From Propionibacterium freudenreichii subsp. freudenreichii (lineage in GTDB: Bacteria; Actinomycetota; Actinomycetes; Propionibacteriales; Propionibacteriaceae): a stretch of 32,000 nt of DNA. Of this stretch, positions 7,658 through 14,676 are shown in pieces. The DNA lies in contig NZ_CP010341.1 of assembly GCF_000940845.1 (NCBI RefSeq), forward strand, positions 2,040,001-2,072,000, given 5' to 3'. Each line of letters opens with the position of its first letter. Position 1 is the first letter of the stretch. The translations under genes were made by a program, and so were the position numbers. The notes beneath the pieces were generated by a model, which was not told the origin of the DNA, searched no databases, and was given only the letters and a program-made list of their open reading frames with translations.

Positions 7658-9163
7658 ATGAGTGAAGCCACCAGTCTGTGGATTGACGGCAAGTCCGTGC
7701 AGGGGCACGGCGACCTCATCGATATCGACGATCCCGCCACCGGCAAGGCCATCGGCCAGCTGCGTCTGGCGAACTCCGATGACCTCGACACCGCGATCGC
7801 GTCGGCCAAGAAGGCCCAGGCCGAGTGGGCCAATGCCTCACTGGCCACGCGCGTCTCGGTGATGTTCAAGATGCGTCAGCTCATCCTGGATCGCCAGGAC
7901 GAGCTGGCCGACATCATCGTGGCCGAGGGTGGCAAGACCCACGGCGACGCACTGGGCGAGATCGCCCGTGGCCGCGAGACCATCGACTTCGCCTGTGGCA
8001 TCAATGCCGCGCTCAAGGGCGAGTTCACCTACAACGCCTCGCGCGGCGTCGACGTGCACACGGTGCGCCAGCCCGTGGGCATCGTGGCCGGCATCGCGCC
8101 GTTCAACTTCCCGGTGATGGTGCCGATGTGGATGCACCCGATCGCCCTGGCGACCGGCAATGCCTTCATCCTCAAGCCGGCCAGCCCGGTGCCGACGGCC
8201 TCGCTGTTCATCGCGGAGCTGTACAAGGAGGCCGGCCTTCCCGACGGCCTGTTCAACGTGGTGCCGGGCAACCGCCAGATCGTCTCGGCGATCTGCGAGC
8301 ATCCCGGCGTCGACGCCATCTCGTTCGTCGGTTCCAGCCCGGTGGCCCACATCGTGCAGAACACCGGCGTGGAGCACGGCAAGCGCGTGCAGGCACTGGG
8401 CGGGGCCAACAACCACGCCATCGTCATGCCTGACGCCGACGTGGAGTTCGCCGCGCAGCACATCTCGTCGGGCGCCTTCGGTGCCGCCGGCGAGCGCTGC
8501 ATGGCACTGCCGGTGATCGTGACCGTCGGTGGCGTGGAGGACAAGCTGATCCCCGCCCTCAAGGCACGCGCCACCAAGATCGTCACCGATGCGGGCACCA
8601 ACCCGGATGCCGAGATGGGTCCGGTGATCACCCGCGCCGCGCAGGAGCGGATCACCTCCTGGATCGACGAGGCCGAGAAGGCGGGCGCCAAGGTGGTGCT
8701 CGACGGGCGTGGCTACACCCCGGACAACCCCGCGGAGAAGGACGGCTTCTGGCTTGCCCCGACCATCCTCGACGATGTGCCGACCAACCTGCCGATCTAC
8801 TGCGAGGAGACCTTCGGGCCCGTGCTGGCGATCGTGCATGCCGACACCTACGAGGAGGCCATCGAGCTGGTCAACTCCGCTCCGTTCGGCAATGGCTCGG
8901 CCATCTTCACCTCGTCGGGTGAGGCGGCCCGCGAGTTCTCGCTGGACGCACAGGCCGGCATGATCGGCATCAACGTGCCGATCCCGGTGCCGGTTGCCTA
9001 CTACTCCTTCGGCGGTTGGAAGGAGTCGCTGCTGGGCGACACCCACATCCACGGCCCGGAGGGCGTGAAGTTCTACACCAAGGGCAAGGTGATCACCAGC
9101 CGCTGGCCCAGCCAGGGTGACCACGTCGGCCATGTGGGAATGAACTTCCCGACCAACGCATAA
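7658..9163 (+). CDS. iolA: Methylmalonate-semialdehyde / malonate-semialdehyde dehydrogenase (CoA-acylating)
   Basis: 501 aa from the ATG at 7658 (MSEATSLWIDGK...), with GAAAGG 8 nt upstream. ALDH-family motifs are present (FNFPVMVPMW, GGANNH, ERCMAL, EETFGPV). Confidence 0.9.
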   Translation: MSEATSLWIDGKSVQGHGDLIDIDDPATGKAIGQLRLANSDDLDTAIASAKKAQAEWANASLATRVSVMFKMRQLILDRQDELADIIVAEGGKTHGDALGEIARGRETIDFACGINAALKGEFTYNASRGVDVHTVRQPVGIVAGIAPFNFPVMVPMWMHPIALATGNAFILKPASPVPTASLFIAELYKEAGLPDGLFNVVPGNRQIVSAICEHPGVDAISFVGSSPVAHIVQNTGVEHGKRVQALGGANNHAIVMPDADVEFAAQHISSGAFGAAGERCMALPVIVTVGGVEDKLIPALKARATKIVTDAGTNPDAEMGPVITRAAQERITSWIDEAEKAGAKVVLDGRGYTPDNPAEKDGFWLAPTILDDVPTNLPIYCEETFGPVLAIVHADTYEEAIELVNSAPFGNGSAIFTSSGEAAREFSLDAQAGMIGINVPIPVPVAYYSFGGWKESLLGDTHIHGPEGVKFYTKGKVITSRWPSQGDHVGHVGMNFPTNA

Positions 9164-9173
9164 CCAGCACCAC

Positions 9174-9224
9174 GCAACACCAGCAAGAAGGCAACACCAG
9201 CATCACCGCAACACCACGTCAGGC
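9174..9224. repeat. 3 x 17-bp tandem repeat with conserved core GCAACACCA(G/C)
   Basis: Units start at 9174, 9191 and 9208. It lies directly after the iolA stop, and the last unit runs into the terminator stem. Confidence 0.7.
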
Positions 9225-9258
9225 CCCCACTGAGTTCGTTCGGTGGGGGCCTGACGTG
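9215..9258 (+). terminator. Perfect 16-bp stem / 12-nt loop hairpin after iolA
   Basis: CACGTCAGGCCCCCAC (9215-9230) pairs with GTGGGGGCCTGACGTG (9243-9258). There is no U-tract, which is common in actinobacteria. Confidence 0.6.
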
Positions 9259-9374
9259 TCTCCGGCAGGCTTGACGTCGCTGTGCGATGACACCACACTC
9301 AACCCGGGGCGCCGAACGCGTCCCCGAGTCCGCCTCCGGCCAACCTGGGAGAGAGAAGACCTCTGGATCAATTT

Positions 9375-9417
9375 TTGTCCGGATGTAATGACAATTCGGG
9401 CTTCAGGACTATAAAGT
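9375..9417 (+). promoter_or_regulatory. Putative iolT promoter with overlapping IolR-type operator
   Basis: TTGTCCGGATGTAATGACAA (9375-9394) is a TTGTC-N10-GACAA repeat with an inner TGTAATGACA. A -35-like ATGACA is at 9388-9393 and a -10-like TATAAA at 9410-9415 (16-nt spacer). This is the most AT-rich patch of the intergenic region. Confidence 0.5.
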
Positions 9418-9500
9418 GCTTGCTGTGGTCGGGCACCAGTGCTGATGCCCGATCGAACGGCTCTGCCAACGAGGGCGGGCCGCAGGCGCAAGGAGTCTCG

Positions 9501-11099
9501 ATGAGCGAGAACACGGCGTCGGTGGGGACGTACACACCGACGAAGATCAAGGAGCTGGTGGCCGAGATACCGGCCTCCGGCAAGAAGCGGTCGCTGGGGG
9601 CGATCGCGGCAGTAGCAACACTTGGTTCACTACTCTTCGGCTATGACACCGGTGTGATCGCCGGTGCACTGCCCTATATGTACCTTCCCTCCGAGGCCGG
9701 CGGCCTCGCCCTGAAGACCTGGGAGGAGGGCCTGGTCGGCGCCCTGTTGTGCATCGGCGCAGCCGTCGGCGCGAGCGTGGGCGGACGCCTCTCCGACAAG
9801 TACGGACGCCGCCACAACATCATCATGCTGGCGATCGTCTTCTTCATCGGCGCCATCGGCTGCACCCTGTCACTGAATGTGTGGATGCTGTTCGCCTTCC
9901 GCCTGGTGCTCGGCTTCGCCGTGGGCGGCGCGTCCGCCACCGTGCCGGTCTTCCTGTCGGAGACCGCACCAAAGCGCATCCGCGGCATCCTGGTGGCCGT
10001 CGACCAGTTCATGATCGTCGGTGGCCAGCTGCTCGCGTACTCGATGAACGCGGTGCTGGCGCAGTACCACGGTGGCCCCGAGGCCATCGTCTCGAATGAC
10101 CCGTCGGGCACCTACGCCTCGGGCAGCACCCAGGTGTGGGACGTGCTGCAGAACATCGTCGGCCTGACGGTCTCCGGCGGCAACGGCATGACCTGGCGCT
10201 ACATGCTCGTGCTGGCATCCATCCCGGCCATTGCCCTGTTCTTCGGCATCCGTGCCATGCCCGAGTCAGCCCGTTGGTACGCCTCGCACATGCGCATCCC
10301 CGAGGCCATCGGTGCCCTCAAGCGCGTCCGTGAGGACGGCAAGGACGATGTGGCCCATGAGATCGACGAGATGGTCGAGGTGCACCGCGCCGAGGCCAAG
10401 CAGGAACGCTGGAACTTCTCCCAGATCTGGTCGACCAAGTGGACGCGACGCCTGTTGCTCATCGGCATGGGCCTGGGCATCGCCGACCAGCTGACCGGCA
10501 TCAACACGGCCATGTACTACATGCCGAAGGTGCTGCACGCGGCCGGCTTCTCGATGACCGACTCGATCAGCCTCAACGTGGTCTCCGGTGCCGTGTCACT
10601 GATCGGCTCCGGCGTCGGGTTCTGGTTGATCGCCAAGTTCGCCCGCCGCCATGTGGGCATCTACCAGTCGGCGATGATCGTGTTCTTCCTCACCTCGCTG
10701 GCCGCGGTGTTCTTCTTCTTCATCCAGCCGCACCAGCAGGCCGACGGCGCCATCGTCGGCGCCCCGAGCTTCGCCCCCATGCTCGTGCTGATCCTGGTCT
10801 GCCTGTTCGTCTTCGCCAAGCAGTCCGGCACGGTGAACTGGGTGTTGTTCTCGGAGATCTTCCCGATGAAGATCCGCGGCACCGCGCTGGGCATCGCCGT
10901 GGGCACGCTGTGGATCGTCAACGCGATCGTCGCCTGGGTGTTCCCGATGATGATGAAGGGCTTCGGCGGTGCGCTGACCTACATCATCTTCGCGGCATTC
11001 AATGTGTGCACGCTGTTCTTCTACCTGAAGATCGTCCCCGAGACGAAGTACCACAGCCTCGAGGAACTCGAGCTGAAGTTCCAGAAGGACTACAGCTGA
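9501..11099 (+). CDS. iolT: MFS sugar-porter family transporter, probable myo-inositol:H+ symporter
   Basis: 532 aa from the ATG at 9501 (AAGGAG 6 nt upstream). Sugar-porter motifs are present: GYDTGVI, LSDKYGRR, PESARW, ADQLTGIN, PETKYHSLEELE. Confidence 0.85.
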   Translation: MSENTASVGTYTPTKIKELVAEIPASGKKRSLGAIAAVATLGSLLFGYDTGVIAGALPYMYLPSEAGGLALKTWEEGLVGALLCIGAAVGASVGGRLSDKYGRRHNIIMLAIVFFIGAIGCTLSLNVWMLFAFRLVLGFAVGGASATVPVFLSETAPKRIRGILVAVDQFMIVGGQLLAYSMNAVLAQYHGGPEAIVSNDPSGTYASGSTQVWDVLQNIVGLTVSGGNGMTWRYMLVLASIPAIALFFGIRAMPESARWYASHMRIPEAIGALKRVREDGKDDVAHEIDEMVEVHRAEAKQERWNFSQIWSTKWTRRLLLIGMGLGIADQLTGINTAMYYMPKVLHAAGFSMTDSISLNVVSGAVSLIGSGVGFWLIAKFARRHVGIYQSAMIVFFLTSLAAVFFFFIQPHQQADGAIVGAPSFAPMLVLILVCLFVFAKQSGTVNWVLFSEIFPMKIRGTALGIAVGTLWIVNAIVAWVFPMMMKGFGGALTYIIFAAFNVCTLFFYLKIVPETKYHSLEELELKFQKDYS

Positions 11100-11176
11100 G
11101 TGTTGCCCCGCGCGGAGCCGGTCGTGTGATCTGTCAGGATCCCGCGGCCGGCTCCCTGCTTTCATGACAGTCTTGG

Positions 11177-11253
11177 CACAGTCGCAGCCCTGACGCGGTC
11201 GCAGGGTTCGCACGGTCGCAGCCCTGACACGGTTGCAGGGTTGGCACAGTCGA
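11177..11253 (+). repeat. 2.3 x 34-bp tandem repeat (17-bp sub-period). Each unit can fold into a bulged hairpin.
   Basis: Units are CACAGTCGCAGCCCTGACGCGGTCGCAGGGTTCG, then CACGGTCGCAGCCCTGACACGGTTGCAGGGTTGG, then CACAGTCGA.... It lies between the iolT stop and the next start. Confidence 0.75.
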
Positions 11254-11281
11254 GGTCGGCATCTTCCCGAGGAGGCATCTG

Positions 11282-12574
11282 ATGGGCTCAGGCCAGGTGC
11301 GCGTGGCACGCATTCGCGTGACGATCGCGCTCGCCGGCGCACTGACCGGTGCCGTCTACGGTGGCCTGTGCGCCACCCTGGTGGCGGCTCCCCGGGGCGC
11401 CGTGCTGCGGGTGGCCACGGTCTCGGGCGCAGCGCTGCTCGGCGTCTTCGTGGCCTATCTGAGTGCCCGCCTGGTCGGCCGACGGCTCCAGGGAGTGGCC
11501 GCGGCGCTGCTCGTGGTGGCCGGTGGCGTGCTGACGCCGCTCGCCGCCCCCATCCACTGGCCCGGCCTGCTCGGCCCGGCCCTGGCCGGGCTGGGTGCCG
11601 GCGTACTCACGATCGTCGCTCCCCTGCTGGCCCGGGAGCTGGCCGCCAACTCGCGGCACCAGGTGGCGGGCAGCACCGGCTTCGGGCTGCCCCTGGGGCT
11701 GGGCACCACCCAGCTCGTGGCGGTGGCCGCGGTGGCCGTCGAACTGCCGGTCGAGCGACTGGTGTGGCCCACCATCGGGGCCCTGGCACTGCTGGTGGGC
11801 ATCCTGCTGGCCACCCTGCCCGAGTCACCGGTGTGGCTGGCGACGCATCGCACGATGGAGCGCAGCTATGCGGCCATGGTGCGACTGTTCGGCACCCTGG
11901 AGGCCAGCATCGAACTCGACTGGGTGCTGATGGCCCGCGACATGGCCGCCGAGGAACGCCGCCTGCGGTGGCGCGACCTCAGGCTGCCCGGCATGAAGCG
12001 CACCGTGACGGCCGGCGCCGTGCTCGCCCTGGTGCGCGAGGCGCCCCTCGGCCTGGCGGCACTGGTGCTGGTGCCCGCGGTGGCGGGCGAACTCGCCTCG
12101 CCCCGGGCCGCCACCGTCGCACTGTTGGTGCTGGGCCTCACGGCGACGGGCGTCGGGGTGACCACCGCGCTGCACCGCTTCCGCGGATTCGGCTTTGCCC
12201 GCCTGATCGCCGGCCTGGCGCTGGCACTGGTGGGACTGTCCCTGATGACCCTGGCCACCCATGTCCACGACGGCGGGGCGCTCGTGCTGGTGCTGGTCGC
12301 CACCCTGGCGTTGGCGGTGGCGCAGTTCGTGTTGGTGACCCCGGCGGCGCGGGGATCGGTGGAGCCACTGGTGCCCCCATGGCTCGTGCGGGCCCACACC
12401 ACCTCGACCCATGTGCTGGCCGCGGCGGCCCGGGTGATCTGCCTCACCGCGCCGGCCGCCCTGCTGGCGACCAGGGGTCCCGCCACGACGGCCATGGTGG
12501 CCACGTTGGTGGAGATCGTCGTGCTCATCGTGCTCACGGCCGCCCTGCCGCAGGCCCTGCACCGCACGGCCTAG
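11282..12574 (+). CDS. Highly diverged MFS (sugar-porter-like) membrane protein
   Basis: 430-aa ORF with GAGGAGG 6 nt upstream. It is hydrophobic throughout and retains LSARLVGRR (loop 2-3 motif) and PESPVWL (after TM6), but the QQxTGIN-type motif is lost. Chosen over the overlapping Arg/Gly/Pro-rich frame 11233..12612. Confidence 0.55.
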   Translation: MGSGQVRVARIRVTIALAGALTGAVYGGLCATLVAAPRGAVLRVATVSGAALLGVFVAYLSARLVGRRLQGVAAALLVVAGGVLTPLAAPIHWPGLLGPALAGLGAGVLTIVAPLLARELAANSRHQVAGSTGFGLPLGLGTTQLVAVAAVAVELPVERLVWPTIGALALLVGILLATLPESPVWLATHRTMERSYAAMVRLFGTLEASIELDWVLMARDMAAEERRLRWRDLRLPGMKRTVTAGAVLALVREAPLGLAALVLVPAVAGELASPRAATVALLVLGLTATGVGVTTALHRFRGFGFARLIAGLALALVGLSLMTLATHVHDGGALVLVLVATLALAVAQFVLVTPAARGSVEPLVPPWLVRAHTTSTHVLAAAARVICLTAPAALLATRGPATTAMVATLVEIVVLIVLTAALPQALHRTA

Positions 12575-12592
12575 GCCCGGGGATGCGTCCCG

Positions 12593-12637
12593 CAATTGTG
12601 TTTATGTCCTGACAATTGGCGTCCGTCTTGATAGCGT
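12593..12637 (+). promoter_or_regulatory. Putative ADH promoter with overlapping IolR-type operator
   Basis: CAATTGTGTTTATGTCCTGACAATTG (12593-12618) has inverted ends CAATTGT/ACAATTG and an inner TGTCCTGACA (12605-12614). A -35-like CTGACA is at 12609-12614 and a -10-like TAGCGT at 12632-12637 (17-nt spacer). Confidence 0.5.
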
Positions 12638-12699
12638 GGGGGCACGCGGGCAATCAATGCTGAGTGCCCCTGATTCCCTTGAGACAGAAAGCCGTGGAC

Positions 12700-13848
12700 A
12701 TGACCCAGTCCCTCACCACCTTCGAGATCCCGGCCACAATGCGCGCAGCGGTGCTTCGCGAGCCCGGTGCGGGCCTGAAGGTCGAGACCATCCGTACGCC
12801 GCACCCGAAGGAGGGCGAGATCCTGCTGAAGGTCGCGGCCTGCGGACTGTGCCACTCCGACCTGCACGTGATCAGCGGCGCCATCGCCTTCCCCACCCCG
12901 GCGGTGCTCGGCCATGAGGTGGCCGGCACCATCGTCGAGCTCGGCCCGGGCAATGAGTTCACCGGCCTGCAGGTGGGCCAGCAGGCCGCCGGCGCCTTCC
13001 TCATGCCGTGCGGCAAGTGCGCCGAGTGTGCGCGCGGCCATGACGAGCTGTGCCTCAACTTCTTCAACATGAACCGCCTCAAGGGCGAGCTGTACGACGG
13101 CGAGACGCGCCTGTTCACCACCGACGGCGAGCCCCTGGCGATGTATTCGATGGGTGGGCTGGCCGAGTACGCGGTGATCCCCTCCACCGCCGTGGCGCCG
13201 GTGCCGGCCAACATCGACACGGTGCCCTCGGCCATCCTCGGCTGCGCGGCACTGACCGGCTACGGCGCGGTGCGTCGTGGTGCCGACCTGCGCTACGGCG
13301 AGACCGTCGCCGTGGTGGCCGTCGGCGGGGTGGGTACCAACATCGTGCAGGTCGCCCACGCCATGGGCGCCCGCCAGGTGATCGCCATCGACGTCTCCGA
13401 CGAGAAGCTGGCCCCGATGGCCGGTTATGGCGCCACCGCCACCATCAACTCCACCACCCACGATCCCCGCGAAGAGGTGCTCAAGCTCACCGGTGGCCGT
13501 GGCGTGGACGTCGCCTTCGAGGCGCTCGGCATCCCCGCAACCTGGCAGACCGCGCTCGACGTGATCGCCGACGGTGGCCGCATGGTGCCGATCGGACTGG
13601 GCGGCGGCGTGCAGACCGCCGGCGTGGAGATCAACCGCACGGTGCGTCGCAGCCAGTCGATCCTGGGCTCCTACGGCGCCCGCACCCGCCAGGACCTGCC
13701 TGCGGTGATCGACATGGCCTCGCGCGGCATCATCGACTACAAGGACGTGGTGAGCCGCCGGTTCACCCTGGAGCAGGCCAACGAGGGCTACGAGCTGCTG
13801 GCCCATGGCGGCATCCAGGGCCGTGGCGTGGTGGACATGTCACTGTGA
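12700..13848 (+). CDS. Zinc-dependent alcohol/polyol dehydrogenase (MDR superfamily)
   Basis: 382 aa from the ATG at 12700 (MTQSLTTF...). Catalytic-zinc motif GLCHSDLHV...GHEVAG, structural-zinc Cys cluster CGKCAECARGHDELC, and Rossmann VAVVAVGGVG. Confidence 0.85.
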   Translation: MTQSLTTFEIPATMRAAVLREPGAGLKVETIRTPHPKEGEILLKVAACGLCHSDLHVISGAIAFPTPAVLGHEVAGTIVELGPGNEFTGLQVGQQAAGAFLMPCGKCAECARGHDELCLNFFNMNRLKGELYDGETRLFTTDGEPLAMYSMGGLAEYAVIPSTAVAPVPANIDTVPSAILGCAALTGYGAVRRGADLRYGETVAVVAVGGVGTNIVQVAHAMGARQVIAIDVSDEKLAPMAGYGATATINSTTHDPREEVLKLTGGRGVDVAFEALGIPATWQTALDVIADGGRMVPIGLGGGVQTAGVEINRTVRRSQSILGSYGARTRQDLPAVIDMASRGIIDYKDVVSRRFTLEQANEGYELLAHGGIQGRGVVDMSL

Positions 13849-13912
13849 TGTGCCCGCTCTGAGCGGCGTGGTCGGCCACCGGTTGGTCGACCATGCCGTG
13901 GGCACGCACGCC

Positions 13913-13990
13913 GGGCATCCAACACGCTGTGTATCCGATACCCCGTGCGTCCAACACGCTGGGCATCCAACAACTGGGCATCCGAGCTGA
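13913..13990. repeat. Degenerate ~15-17-bp tandem repeat (GGGCATCCAACACGCTG-like, about 5 units)
   Basis: GGGCATCC occurs at 13913, 13961 and 13977. TCCAACACGCTG occurs at 13918 and 13950. It lies between convergent genes. Confidence 0.6.
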
Positions 13991-14035
13991 TCGCCCGGAC
14001 GCACCGGAGGCCTGGCACCATGGCCCCCGGACAGA

Positions 14036-14069
14036 AAGAAGCGCCGGTCCCCGATGACCGGCGCTTCTT
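14036..14069. terminator. Bidirectional intrinsic terminator (14-bp perfect stem, 6-nt loop) between the convergent ADH and small membrane ORF
   Basis: AAGAAGCGCCGGTC (14036-14049) pairs with GACCGGCGCTTCTT (14056-14069). T-rich flanks are present on both strands (CTTCTTCTAT on one, TTTCTGTCC on the other). Confidence 0.7.
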
Positions 14070-14147
14070 CTATGGGTTCACGTGGGCGTCGTTGACACGC
14101 TCCCCCTGGGAGAACTGCGGGCCGTGGCCCGCTGCTGTCCCGCTGAC

Positions 14148-14423
14148 TCAGAGAGTCCTTGCAGCCGCGATGTTCACGCCGGCGTAGACGCCGACCATGG
14201 ATGCGGCAACCATCAGCACACCGCCGCCGGCAAGCAGCAGGGTGTTGGTGGTGAGCACGCCGATCACCATGAGGGCGATCACGGCAATGGCCACGGCACC
14301 CAGCGCAACCGACAACGTGATGGCGTTGACGTCGGCAGCCTCGGCGGAACGGATCGCGGCCGAGCTGCTCGTGGTGGTGGGGGTGGTGGTCCTGAGCTGG
14401 TTGTTCTGAAGTGTGTCGTTCAT
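14148..14423 (-). CDS. Small (91 aa) hypothetical membrane protein: Thr/Ser-rich N-terminus plus two predicted TM helices
   Basis: Taken from the internal ATG at 14423 of ORF 14148..14483, with GAAAGG 7 nt upstream. Third codon positions are strongly G/C. I recognise no family. Confidence 0.55.
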   Translation of the reverse strand: MNDTLQNNQLRTTTPTTTSSSAAIRSAEAADVNAITLSVALGAVAIAVIALMVIGVLTTNTLLLAGGGVLMVAASMVGVYAGVNIAAARTL

Positions 14424-14493
14424 GTCGACGCCTTTCTGTAAGCAGGCGCGCGAACGCCACATCAGCAGCGTCACGCACGCCAATGTGTGTTTC

Positions 14494-14533
14494 GGGACTT
14501 TGTCAGGTCGTGTTTAATGACCGGACAAAGTCC
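14494..14533. promoter_or_regulatory. 15-bp-arm inverted repeat (14/15 match) with 10-bp AT-rich spacer upstream of the small membrane ORF
   Basis: GGACTTTGTCAGGTC (14494-14508) pairs with GACCGGACAAAGTCC (14519-14533). The arms contain the TTGTC/GACAA half-sites seen in the iol operators. Confidence 0.5.
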
Positions 14534-14586
14534 AGTGTACGGGAGAAACGTCAGGAACCCAAATGGCGTCCTCCCCGCAGGACGGA

Positions 14587-14625
14587 CCGGGGCCGCGCCG
14601 GATGGTGTATCCGACGCGGCCCCGG
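14587..14625 (-). terminator. Strong hairpin downstream of fba (11 bp + C/A mismatch + 5 bp, 5-nt loop)
   Basis: CCGGGGCCGCG-C-CGGAT ggtgt ATCCG-A-CGCGGCCCCGG, read directly. It ends 52 nt downstream of the fba stop codon, whose last base is 14677. Confidence 0.55.
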
Positions 14626-14676
14626 GTTCACGGTCGTCCGACGGCCCCTGGGGGCCTCCGTGCGATCAGCGGGTGA

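Noticed and set aside
11233-12612. 459-aa ORF in an alternative + frame overlapping the diverged MFS gene
   Set aside because: The product is an Arg/Gly/Pro/Ala-rich string without hydrophobic helices or motifs. Frame 11282..12574 has an SD, a TM-like profile and residual sugar-porter motifs.
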